Translations under genes and position numbers: made by a program
Source: Amoeboaphelidium protococcarum X5
Lineage: Eukaryota > Fungi > Aphelidiomycota
Direction: 5' to 3'
DNA length: 64,000 nucleotides
NCBI GenBank assembly: GCA_023515725.1
Contig: JALDTO010000158.1
Span: 248,001 to 312,000 of the forward strand
The notes under the pieces: model-generated
The model's input: only the letters and a program-made list of their open reading frames with translations
Told to the model about the DNA's origin: nothing
The model's database searches: none
Part shown: piece by piece, positions 1 through 12,726 of the stretch
How the letters are laid out: each line of letters opens with the position of its first letter
How positions within the stretch are numbered: the first letter of the stretch is position 1

Positions 1-333
1 CGTGAAGAAGGAGGCAACCAGCGGATGGATTTAAGCATTAAGCACTCGCGGGTAGAAATGCTTCTCACTCTCAAAATCGCCGGCTTTCACAACATGCGCA
101 TTGAATTAAACCTTTTTGGTGTCAGACTCATCAGTTTTTGACATATCACCATTCAACTTGCCATCTCTTTTTGCCTCAAGCTAGTCTGTAACCGCCTTCG
201 ATTGTTAAATAGACTTTCCAGCCAGGTCAGAATCGCTTCCAAGTGCCACAGCATCATTATTACCCTCAGAATCATGAAGACTTGATCCAGACAGTTGGGA
301 AGGCAGAGAGTCCAGCGAGAAGTTTCTAAACAT
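1..333 (-). CDS. Hypothetical protein, N-terminal part (runs off the window start)
   Basis: ATG at 333; frame MFRNFSLDSLPSQLSG... has no TGA down to position 1 with TAR=Gln; no recognisable domain. Confidence 0.55.
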
Positions 334-699
334 GTTTTTCAAAGTAATCAAAAAATAATGCAAGTAAAATCAGTGTAATTTATTTCCGAGTGGCAGCTAA
401 AGGCAACTTGGGAAGAAGAGATATACAAAATATAATAGTCGACTGTTTTATTCTACGCTTTGTGACTACTGGCCTGTGTGAACGGCGGGCCGGACTTTGA
501 AACTTGGCGAATCACAAAACATCGGGTCGACGCGTCGAATCGACCGCTAAAATTGTCGTTCGTTTAAGCTTTGCACATGAGTTTCGCATGCTCGGTGATG
601 CGATCGTTTGTGACTGTGTTATTCAATTCCCTTCCTAAATGATCGTCATCAGTGTTTCGATTTGAACTGTACTGCTAAAACTTACAGTCCTTGACTGGT

Positions 700-1128
700 A
701 TGAATTAAATTGTCGTTTTTAATCACTTCAAACAGGTGCGGTTACGCAGAGTGTATGGCAATGACAAACAAGTACAGGCGATTGATTAATTGATGGACTG
801 CATTCTGGATAGGCGGCCGCGCGATTTGCCGTTTGTGTATTATGACAATTGTATCGCTATATATAGAAATTATGGGCCATTGTTTATAATGGTCATTATC
901 GATGGAAGTGGAGTTAGTGGCGAGTGCTTTAAATGGTTTGAATGGATACAATTTTTCATGGAGGCGTTGGCTGGGTGCTTGGGACGTATCGCAGAGATTG
1001 ATTTTATTGAACGATTGCCATAAATCTTGTTAGTTCTAAACGAGCTTATTGTCGATGGAGATATTGTATGTAACAGCATACAGCAATGTAAAGATAACGT
1101 GCAAAACATGATAGATGCTTTCTAATGA
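700..1128 (+). CDS. Adaptor protein complex sigma (small) subunit, divergent, most like AP-4 sigma
   Basis: 142 aa: MNQIVVFNHFKQVRLRRVY...IYRNYGPLFIMV...RIAEIDFI...LVLNELIVDGDIV matches the clathrin adaptor small-chain pattern; internal TAA read as Gln; ends TAA TGA. Confidence 0.75.
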
Positions 1129-1166
1129 TGATCTTATTATATTCTATTCGATTTCTCTAATTTCAA

Positions 1167-3980
1167 TCAAAGTATCAATTCCTTATTTACCACTTCGCTC
1201 TTAAGACACTGCTTTCTCAAATACTCAATAGTATATAGATTCTAATGAGCAAGTGATGATACATCAGTCTATAACTGTTATAAATGCTTCTTGATTACGC
1301 GCATCACTACTTGTATTGATGATTTTTCGTTCAAGCCAGCCTTTAGAATGCCTTCATTTACCGAGTAATCCACTTTACCATAAGACTTACGGATGAACTC
1401 TCCATGAAAGTATAGCAGCGATTTAATGAATAGCAGATGGAACTGGATATGAGGTGACTTTGCAGTCTTGTTCATCTAAGCTATTGTATCACCATTCTGT
1501 TGATCTAATAGCAAGGCAATCAATCTCAATAGACTGCAGATGTAACGTGTGTGTAGATTCTAGACTAAAAATTCAATCTAATCTACAGGCACGCTCTCAT
1601 ACACAAACTGCATGAGACCAACTTCTCCAAGTCGGAGAGACATGGTAAGAGCCAGTTGCCACGAGTCTAAATTAGTTTATATACCTTTCTTCAACTGTTT
1701 AACCATGTTAATCACACTGTCGGGAGTGAGATCCACGCTGAGGTCAACTGGATCGAAGGATGTCGATTCGCTAACTGCGTACTCCATCAAGCCCTCCGTT
1801 GTGACTACTGCAAAAGACGCACCAACAGGACTAAACTGCAAAGCCTTACACCTAATGTCCGGTTTAGTACGCCTAGAAGAGCGATCATTTTTCTAAGCAC
1901 CAGGTAAAGCATGACGCTATTGCAGACGATCCTCCAAATCACTCTATTCATCGCCACTGTCATTTAGATCAACAACGCCAGCTTGGGTGACATTTCTAGA
2001 GTTCAACTTATCCTAGACTCCATCCAATGATAAATTACGCGTCAATTGAAACTTCTTGAGCAGAACATGATTATTTAAATCATAGAGGCAAACATATTTA
2101 GAATTTCCGCCAGCTAAAACGGCCGCTCCATCTGCTGTATAACAAACTGTGGTGAAGTACTTATCTTAAGCAGAATTTGCAGCAGTCCTCACATCGTAAG
2201 ATTTTCTCCCGCCTACAATATCACGACGCCCTTCAATCAACTGTACACGTTTAGAATGTTCGCCACTCAGAGGATCCCAGAAGAGCAGCTGGCCGTCCAG
2301 AGTAGCTGAGCACACCTCTTTACCGTCATATCTAACGGTTACAGCCAATACATCAGACTTGTGCTTAAAAGTCTCAATACATTTCGTTCCTTCGCCACGA
2401 CTATAAATGTCCCAAATCTTCACACTTTTATCCCAGGAGGCGCTATATAGATAGCATCCGCTGTCTGGAACTATAGGTTCAGGAGAAAAGCACAGAGAAC
2501 TTACAGGACCCTCATGACCGGGAAGAACTTCTAACAACTTTCCCGTTTGCACAGACCAAACATATATTTCAAAACTATCCAAAGAGCCAGCACACAGAAT
2601 ATCTCCATTCGGTTCTACGGCGATAGAGGAGAACTGCACTCTCTACGGCGCCGTGAACGTTCTAAAGTTACGATATCTCACAAGATCGTAAGCTCTCACA
2701 GTTCCATCGTAACTTGCACTGAATACAATACTCTACTTGCCACCTTGCTTGCCAGCAAAGCATACAGCCGACACAGGACTCTAATGCTCTTGAAAGGTGA
2801 TGAAGCAAAAGCCCGTGTTGGCATTCCAAATTTTCACTTTCCCATCATCGCCTCCACTGGCCATCAGCTATCCATTAGTGGAATACGCAACACAATTCAT
2901 ATCGTAATAATGACCCTGCTATTTCATAACATACGACTCAGACTTCCAGTCCCAGACTAGCAGCTATCCAAGTGTAGATGATGCCAAAGCTATCCAGTCA
3001 CCAGTAAGAGAAAACGCGACCGTATCAATCTTCTTCTAGGATATGCTCAGCGTATGAATAAGATTAAAATCCGGCAGTTCATACAGAGCAAATACGCCAT
3101 TACTGAATCCAACAGTTAACAGTTTAGATTCTGGATGAAAATCAGCACAACGTGCCTGAGCCGTCCCATATTCCCCCTTCTAGGCAAAATAATGTTTCTA
3201 ATGCAATTTCAACGTACTTTCGGCGGGTATAAACGTAGACTGACTCAAATCATCATTACTTATAGAGTTCCAAATGAATAATGCACCATCTTTGCCGACA
3301 CTGTACACTTGTGTATAATCTTCACTCCACCAGCAGCCAACCACAGTATCCCGGTGTCCACTTAAAACCAACGGCTTATAATCTTCAACCGTGTGCAGAT
3401 TCCATAACCTCATGGTCATATCTTTCGCAGCAGAAATAAGCATCTAACCATCACTGGACCAGGTGAAATGACAAATATCATCCTAATGTCCCGAGTGCTG
3501 ATGATGAAGAGAAAACGGCGCAAAGTCCATTTCAACTTCAAAAGATCCTCCATCAGTGGCGCTCAAGTTATCACTGCCTCTTCTATTATTATAAAGTGGA
3601 GTTTACCATATCTAAACCATATGTTTATGATGCAGAGCAACAGCGACATACATACCATCGGGACTGAACTTCATGGCAGTGACGCGACTTTTGAAAGTGA
3701 AACGATGAACAATGACGCGTCTTTACACATGAGCCATAACAGCACGTCCATCTTCATCAATACACATTATGAACTATCCATCAGGAGAGACGTCCATAAC
3801 GGTAATATTTCTCTAAGTCTCGAAGGGGAATGTGAAAGACAGACTACCCACAAGATCAAAGCACGACACCTTGTTACCCACAGGACTGATCAGGGATTTC
3901 TTGTCCGGCATAAACACGACATTTCCCTTCTTGTACACTGCTCCCAACAAATTATTCAATTGATAATCGAAAGACACCAT
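1167..3980 (-). CDS. PWP2: WD40 ribosome biogenesis protein Pwp2/Utp1
   Basis: N-terminus MVSFDYQLNNLLGAVYKKGNVVF; WD repeats (GHRDTVV, GHEGPVSSLCFS, SASWDKSVKIWD); track fragments share one frame; 937 aa. Confidence 0.93.
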
Positions 3981-4308
3981 ATTCCTTACACTAGTTCCAC
4001 TCAAATTGACAATACTAAAGCTTTTTACAGATTTTCTCTTCTTCTGATATGTCGTCCTGTAATAGATAAAGAACAGAGAGAAATGGTAAAAAGAAGCACG
4101 AGTGAAACGCGTCGCTGCGGATCATCGCGTTGTTTCAAAACAGTTCTCAACGCGTGCGTCATCATTGTATTTGTTTACAATAGAACTGAATACGTCAAGG
4201 GAGGTTTTTTTGTTTCGCCGTGTTATTTTTGCGTCAGAGTATACATATTTTGCATTATATTTTTGTTAAAAACTATAAAATAGCTTGAGTTTTGTTACAT
4301 TATTCAGT

Positions 4309-6000
4309 ATGAAGGGAAACGTTTAGACTGCATCGCAGTGGTCCGTAAATCCTATAACGGCGGAAGGCGACCAAGGTGTCGGCCAGTAGAATAGCGGTCA
4401 GGATACGCTGGCGTCTAATGTTGAAGACCCTCTGTATTTAGCTACCACTCAGGTGAAGTCCTCCCACAAATAGCTGAAGGTTCATATCTATAGTGATGCT
4501 TCCGACTTCAGAACTGATTCACAAGTCACTGGCTGCTTCGATGTCAAGTGTAAAGTTGGTAAAAATGCCATTGGGATCAAGAATATTGTGGTGTAGCTGT
4601 GTGGTGTTGCCTCTGTTCCTAATGATACAGCTTTTGCTGCTGGTAGAGGTACAAGAACTGAAGTATTTCACCAATAGAAGCTTATCATATAGGCTCCGGA
4701 CACTCCGCCAACTGATGCTGTGATTCCCTAGATGCTTAATGAGAATGTTGAAGGCTATCTGAGTGCCAAGAAGGGCAAAACTCGGTTCAACTACCAGTTC
4801 AAGTTGCCTGCCGAATTACCTCCTTCAGTCACTACTAAATTGGGCTCAATCGCTTACAGCATTGTTGTGGTGATTGAATTCAGGTAGAGCTTTGGAGAAC
4901 CTCAAGTACTCCGCTAAACTAAAGACATAGTTGTTCATTAGTTGGTTCTAAAGCCGAACGCTGGTACCGCTATTTCTTTGGTCAGTGAATGTCATGAGTG
5001 GGGTATGTTTAATGGTAAAGGCCAGGTGGAGTTGAGTGCCAATTTACGTAATAACTGGATCTAAGCTGGCTCAAATGCGTAAGTGTGCGTGAATCTGTCG
5101 AATAACAGTAACAGAAGTGTTGGTGCTATTACTTTGGAGTTGGTGCAGAGATTGAAGTGTTTTACGCGTCTGACTGCCGACAAGTATATGTCAAACAAGT
5201 TCATGCGCAAAGTCATTGCAAAGCAGTAGTATTCCACTAAGGATTATGATTTTGATAATAGACGCACTGTGCTGTCTCTGCTGGTTCCTCCGACTGAATT
5301 TTCGATTACTAATAGCTAGTCACTTGAAATTTCGTACATTGTGCGTGTTGTGGCGTCTGCAGTCTTCTCCAAGGATCTCGTGGTTGAATTGCCTCTTCAC
5401 ATTTTCTTTGAATAGTCTCAGTAATCTGTGCCTGTCGTTGATGCTCCTATCGCCGGTAGTCAAAGCTAGTAGCAATCTGATTAAGTTGATGTTAATTCTA
5501 ACCAGGCATTGTCTGTCTTAGCGCTCAAGCCTTTTGATAAGGGTGATAGTGCATTCTAAAGCTCAGCTTCTTTAGATCCAATTGTAAATGTTGATGAGTA
5601 AGAACTGCATCAACATCTGGACCTTCCATTGACGTAAAGTAGCAGGAGAAGATCATCATTGTCCAAGTAGTAAATTGATGATATTAATGCTCAATTCGCA
5701 GATGTCCCAGCAGTAAATGATGCCTCTAACGTGCAAGCATCAACGGATTACCCATAGGCATCTTAAGATTTAGATCCAAGAATCTCTGCTCATTTGGCCA
5801 GTGCTGATAATAATAATAAGGCTTAAACTAGTGACGCAAATCAGTCCAATGAGACCGTTTTTGATGATGGTGAAACTATCAAGGCAGGTAAAGCCAATGA
5901 TTAGAACCCCAATGGATAGAATCAGACGAACAATGATGATAATGACGATTTACATAAATCGTTGGACGACATCATGAGCCGCTTGAAGTCAGATTGGTGA
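4309..6000 (+). CDS. Arrestin-domain protein with low-complexity C-terminal tail
   Basis: 563-aa frame ending at TGA 5998-6000; arrestin-N-like motif FNYQFKLPAELPPSVTTKLGSIAYSIVV. Confidence 0.7.
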
Positions 6001-6128
6001 TGGTTTGTGGATTTCTATTTAATAATATTGTGCTTAATCTCTGAAGCCTTGGTTGTATTAGGGTGAAATGATAATAATTGAATGTTTTTTGAATAGCTGA
6101 TAGTAATTATATTCCTGTATTATCAATT

Positions 6129-7478
6129 TCATTTAGTTTTACCGTTGAGCTGCGTGTCAAGTTCATTCAATCTCTTCACCCTCTCAATAACTCCCGGATG
6201 CGAGTGATAATAGGCAGAGAATATAGGATCATAAATCAACCAGGACTTGTTCTCCTTGGACAGTTTGATCAGCGCAGACTTCAAATGACCAATATGATGC
6301 TTACCCTTCTGTGCGGCGAATTCATCAGCCTGATACTCATTATGGCGACTGTACATATGGTAAAAGAATCGCACCAGACTCTCTATCGGACTAAGGAGAG
6401 ACATGAACAACATCAACTGTATGATAGTGCTACAGCTATTCTCAATCTTGAGTGGACTGAAGCCAAAGGAAGAACATAATTATACAGAATCTTTGCGCAT
6501 CAGAGAGAATAGATAAAACTGTAGAAATATGTCCACCTATCCGATAGCCATCATCTTGAGAGCATGTGAATGCTTCCAGTGACCAATCTCATGACACAGC
6601 ACTGCGACAATCTCACTATTATTCAGCTGCTTTATCAGAGTATCAAACAGCACAATTCTCTTATTATCACCAAATCCATACAAATAGGCATTGGAGTGGT
6701 TGGATCTTTTGCTGCCATCTATAACAAACAATTTCTTGAGGGGAAACTTCTCCTGCGATGCCATTTCTTCAATCTGAGTCTTTAATTCAGATTCCTCTAA
6801 AGGTTCCACCTTATTAAAGAGTGGTTAGATAAATGTTGGATACACAAAGATCATAACAAGTTAAAATACAACCAGGAACAACCATACATACACATAGAAT
6901 CTCTCTCCAGTCTTATTGATCACCCAGAGAATGGCGCCGAGAACAGCTGATATTAAAGGCACAGATATAAGCAAGCCTTTGATAAAGTCACTAATAAACA
7001 GCCCCAGTGTCTGCTTGTTAAATCCATGACGTTCCTCCAACACAAATTCTCGGTATAGACCAAATGGTAACTTGATCACAGTCTACAGGCCTACAATGAG
7101 TAGAATCCAGACGATAGAGTGCGTGATTTCATAATCCTGAGGCAGGTGACGAATCTTGATAGGCCCATAATACTTGCCTAGTCCATAGAGCACAATAGAC
7201 CATGCATAGTCCCACAGCATTGGCAGAAGATCATAGTGAATAGTGGCCAGTGAGAGTGCAGTGTCAAACACACTAACCAGGAATCCAAACTGCATCTTAT
7301 CCTGGGAATATGCACGACTTGACTAGAAATCCTTTTCTGTGGTCACTGCAGCAACTTCACTCTTGGGCTTCATCTTGGTATTAGCAGACAGCACCTGATA
7401 CTATCTCCATTTGATGTAAGCCTCAAATAAGAACACTGCCACAGTGCTACTCTACAAAATCAACTTCGAATCATACAT
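6129..7478 (-). CDS. STE24: CAAX prenyl protease 1 (M48 zinc metalloprotease)
   Basis: LEERHGFNKQT, DGSKRSNHSNAYLYGFG, HEIGH zinc motif, EYQADEFA, HSHPGVIER; 449 aa. Confidence 0.95.
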
Positions 7479-7924
7479 TCTGTAATATTCTAGTTTTCAA
7501 TTTCTGTATGTCAAGTGCTATATAAAATCTTGGATTATATTCAGGTATACAGTATAAATGCAAATTTAATGATAGTGAATAGTTCAACTTAAATGTTTAG
7601 GAATTCAGCCTTTTAAAAGGAAGAAGAACGGATTAGAAAGAGAGTTACTGTATGTTCAGTAATGCGACAGAACGAATCGCGCGAGAAAGACCGTGGACTT
7701 ACAGTTCTTGCCTGGGCCACAAGATCGCTTCCCGTTCTATTCCTGTTCAGTTTTTCTCTCTTCAGTTCCCTCGTCTTGGTCTCTTTCTGGTGATACATTT
7801 AACACTGTATTACAAACTACTACAAAGAGCTAGTGAGTATTTGTTAGTCTTCTACTGGATATTTTTAAGCATTTTAAATTCTGATAGATTTTACATAGAA
7901 CATTCAATAATACCTGGGATAGAG

Positions 7925-8341
7925 ATGCAAGACTTACCGCCAAAGCAAGGTTATCCAGAAATTAAAATTAGGCGTAATCTTCCTATAAAACCTATTTCTG
8001 CCGCTGTCGTTGGTTTTGGTATAACATTGACGATGATTTACGGTCTATTCAAGGTTGGCGATATCTGGCGGGAGCGTAAAGAGTTGAAGCGGGAAAAGCT
8101 ATGGGCTCGTCTCTACCTGCTTCCACTCTTCTAATCAGAGTGGGATCGTGAGTGGATGAAGTGGCGACACGAAGAGCTGGAGAAGGAGCGAGAGATTATG
8201 AAGAATGTCGAGGGATGGACAGTCGGTCAGTCGCCATATCATCATCATCAGGAGCGGTTCTCTGCTCCCAAGTTTGATCTCGAAGGTAACCCGGTGCGTG
8301 CACCAGTCATTCGCTACGTTGACACTGGCGAGCCAATGTGA
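7925..8341 (+). CDS. NDUFA13: NADH dehydrogenase subunit NDUFA13/GRIM-19
   Basis: MQDLPPKQGYPEIKIRRNLP...EKLWARLYLLPLFQSEWDR...IMKNVEGWTVGQSPYH; the Gln of PLFQSE is TAA. Confidence 0.92.
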
Positions 8342-8452
8342 TTGATTACATCTCAAGTAAAAATACAAAACTATAATTAAGACAATGCTTTACATAATTA
8401 TTCTTGAAAAGTGGTGTCAATACAAAAGTTTTAAACTTTACACATAGTTAAA

Positions 8453-11400
8453 TCACTTTTTAGCATCACTAGAACCATTCACGCTATTGCCAGACATCCG
8501 CGTGAAAGATGCAAAAGAGGCAGAGAATCCAAACTTTTTACCAGGTACACCCAGATTGTCTTGAGATTAATTCTACTGCTTTGATGTTAAATTTGACAGA
8601 GAACTTAGCAGAGGATTAGCGGCTGAAGCAGGTTTGGATTGATTGGAGGGTGGCTATTGATTTACGGCAATTTATGGCAGAGCCTTCTACTACTACTACA
8701 TCTGCTGCTATTATTAAAGAGACGGCTATGGCGATGGTGGTGGCCTTTCGCGCTTGTCTTTGATGCGGATATTATTGACCACAACTTCGAGCTCATTACT
8801 CACAGAATCGACATTATCCAAAGAGGAGAGCGTTGTGATAAAGTACTACACATCAGCAAGCAGTCTACTCTTGGCACCAGCAGAATAAATATCCAATTTC
8901 TAATACTCCTAGGAGAGCTTCTTATTGTAAAGATCGAATATCTGTACAAAAATCTCTCTAAGTCTCTCCGCGAACAGATACTTGTGCAAAATCTTGTGCA
9001 ACTTAATAGTCTCCTTCACCAACGCCTTCATATATGGCATCGCATCAAGTTCCGCCGGTTGCTGAGCGTCTGTACCATTAGGATTGACACCAGATTATGC
9101 ATCTATACCACTTTAAGAATCAGCAGTCACCACATCTTACTCCCAATCCATTAAAGGTATTTGTGAGGCATGAGCCGCGACTCTCTCCTGCATGATAAGG
9201 GTAATCCTCGAGTACACTTGCTAGCGATTATTGGAGAAATCAGTCACGACTTTATCAACTTCCTGCAACATCACCTGCTACTGCTTGGAAGTCATAGCTT
9301 TCTCAACTTGAGACTTTATTTTCGGCAGCAGCGCAATCATAAGGCCCAGAGACTGACCAGCAAGTGCCAAATGCTTCGCTGTGATACTTTTTAGCACAGA
9401 ACTTGACACGGCATTGCCTCCAACGATTATGCCACTAGTCTTACTATTAAAAAACTTGGCCAGATCTACAATTCTATTTAATACATCCGAAGCAAGGGCA
9501 GGTGCATTTTGAATGCATATAAGATACTCATCAAGCATTTTTACAAGCAGCAATGCACAAGGAACGATGTGATAATGTTTATCATCGATTTCCAAATATG
9601 ATTACATGTTCGCGTGAACACCAGTACGCACACTAACATTATCATCGTTGTCTTCTCTATTTACAATGTCAGCAACATTTCGATCAATCACAATATCCGG
9701 CCTAGTGAGCAGAGATTTCGTTCGAGAGTGCGCATTATATCCACCACTAGTTGTAATTGTCCTGGTGGAATTACAAATCTTGTCCACAATCAATTAAAAA
9801 TCTATAGGCACCTCAGCCTGGCTCCATTTCTCTTCATCGATCAGGAACGTGAGCTACTTCATTCGCTCCATATGAAAGTACTAAACAAAAGACTTGGCCT
9901 GACTCAACACAGATCCTTTAAGTCCGATGCAAGCGCGCCCACTCATCTCTTCTCCGCACGCTATAAATCTCCAGCACAAATCAAATAGCTTAAAAAAATC
10001 CTTCATATTCAATTAAGTATTCTGCTCCTGTCTCAACATCAGAAATTTTCCGCATCTAACATGAGCCAAATCAGCCGCTGCAAACAGAACATCAGATACA
10101 TCTGAGAGAATCTGCGAGTACTTGGTTTAGGTATCCGCAGTGGCGACGGCCGGAGACTCTGGTAATACGGACATTGACATATTACTTCCGTTACTGAAAC
10201 TATCCTTATCCTTCTTCACTCTACTAGATCCAATTTAAATTCCTTTCTGTTAATTATCAGCCAAAATTTCACTCAGCAGTCCTAAATTAAGATGGAGTTT
10301 GCGTAAATACATCAACAACGCAGTGAAAACACTATACAACAGTCGATAGAAATCATCGAAACTGAGAGCTTTAAATCTTCTAGCCAAAGCATTGTCAATT
10401 GTGCGACCATCATCCGAAGTCATACCACGTTCATCTGGTAATGGAGCAGGAAAATGCTACTTGGTGATAGCCTTAATATACTTCATCACCCGATCTCGGA
10501 ACACTTGTAATGCGTGACCAAATATATCTACTCGGATGAGGCCATTGATATAAGGAGACAGCTTCATACGAGTATTTTATATCTCTTCAGCATTATCACA
10601 ATCTGCAAGCAACTGGCTTTTATCTATCGCGGTATCCAATACTTTATGAGCCCAATTTTGGTAATGCTATGAATTTTTCTCAATATCCGATATCATGAAG
10701 TCAATAAACTCATTCTCAATCAAACTGCCAATCAATTTAATCATCTCATTCAACTGAGAATGTAAATGAACCAAACCCCGCACTGCACTCAAATATACAG
10801 GAGTTCTCAATACCTTCTACTGATCTGACTATGGAGAACTGGCAACCTGATTCCTCCCTCTTAATAAATTCTCCGTATCTCTAATCACATCTAAAGCACC
10901 AACGTAATCTCCATGATTCAGTAAAATCTAGATCGTCGTCTAAGTTTTTCTAACATTATCAATAAGACAGATGGCATCGTATACCTGATTGACTGTATTA
11001 CGCAACTTTCGCTTTTGCACCACCTGCAGCGCTTCCTTAGCCTGACGGTCACTCAAAACTTTCAGGTATGACCTCAACTGGCGAAGTCTACCTAAACACT
11101 CGACAGTCGTCTATTACAGAGTTTTAATATTCGATAAAGCAGAAAAGAACTCCAGTGACCTCAAGGATATCTCAGCGACCAAATGCACTTCCACAGTATC
11201 CAGATAGTGTGAAAGTTTTTCCTACTGGACTGCATTCGTAGTTTTATCTTGTGCACTTTTACCATGACTTTTAAAACTAGAATCAGACTCTGTTGATTAG
11301 GAGGACTAAATAGCAACATTCACGCTAGTAACATTAGCAAACTCAGTGACTGCATCGAACGTTCGAGGATCTTAAAGATTGAAATCTTCTTGAAAAAATA

Positions 11401-12079
11401 TAGATGGGATAGTGCTGATGGCATCTGCCTTGTGGGCACTCTTCTTTGCCACTGCTTTAATACGCTCATGCTTCAACTATCTCCTATGCTAAGCAGCAGT
11501 AGAATTAACATCTTCTCCATCCATAGCCTCCTATTCTGCGTCCTCTTCTTCAAACAGAATAGGATCGCCATCACTGACACTGTGCTTAATTTCAGTATAT
11601 CGATCACTGAGCTGATCAACGTTTTAAATGTAGGCTGTAAAATCTTTGAGCTTAATCTACTTTATGACCGTCTTTGGAATAGCAGCAGGTAAGAGACCTA
11701 ATGACGCAGTGGAAGCCAACTACTCTATGCGATGACCAAATTGTGACAAACTCTTGCCAGAGAGGGCAGATTGAGATGATGTACTGTTAGGATTATTGAG
11801 CACAGAGGCAATGCTATTATGACCAATGTCAGAGATGGTCCATGATCGGTGATCAACTTCCGCCTAAGAATGGAGAGAAGTTGGTGACGCTTGAGAAACT
11901 GCTATCGTTGATAATCGGTCAGAAGTTTTACTTGATACTTACGCAGATTAAGAGCCATCTTCATTCTTAATCTCATGATGACCATCCTGTTAGGAACTGC
12001 CTGATTAACTTATGTGCCTACCTGAATATTCGTGATCCTTCAACTTTGAAGAAGCAGTATTTTGTTATCTATCAGCCAT
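8453..12079 (-). CDS. VPS54: GARP complex subunit Vps54
   Basis: QEKLSHYLDTVEVHLVAEISLRSLEFFSAL and KFFNSKTSGIIVGGNA..LKSITAKHLALAGQSL motifs; 1208 aa in one frame. Confidence 0.92.
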
Positions 12080-12726
12080 AACGTGGTATATTTAAATCCA
12101 AGTATCAACACACAATAAAGACAGCTTTGTATTGTATTACACAATACAGTAAGTAATGTTACTGATGTTGTTTAAGAGTGAAAAGGAAGAAATCAAATGA
12201 AAAGATTCGGGAGGAGAGAAGTCAGTGAAAGCTTAAACATGAGCTTGATTAGTATTTGATCAATAACAATCAAGATTGGAAAAGATTTACATCGTGATTA
12301 AGTTTAATATTATCTCTACAATAATAGCGCTAGGAAACGTGGATAACATTTGCTTTGAAATAGTGAACTAATCTGCCATAGGTGGAAGACTTGAAATCCG
12401 CTGAGAACTGACTGATCGCTCTGTTCTCAAACAACGCCGCCGCTCATCGTTGCTCGTTTATTCTCGCGGACGAGTGACTGCCACTCAGGATATCTCACAT
12501 CTTATCTGCCGCTCTTTGTTTCCGTTTCGTTTCGTTTCTCGTCCTCTTACTCTCTCCCCATCCAGAACTGTACTGTTATTACTGTCGATCTCACTCTGGT
12601 CTACTGACATTATTAAGTCAACGTAAGGCTTGTACGTAGTCGTTTATAGTTTGATTGCTTGATAATTTATTTCAAATTGTGTTTGTGTGTGTGCTAAGAG
12701 TATACGATAAGCATATAAAAATAAAT

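Noticed and set aside
460-620. tRNA (e.g. a TAR-reading tRNA-Gln) in GC-richer intergenic patches
   Set aside because: No cloverleaf or A/B box recognised here or elsewhere by eye.
3468-4283. Long antisense ORFs (271 aa here; also 8639-9154, 18081-18692, 27875-28456, 47235-47954)
   Set aside because: They are shadows of conserved genes on the opposite strand with no protein-like features.
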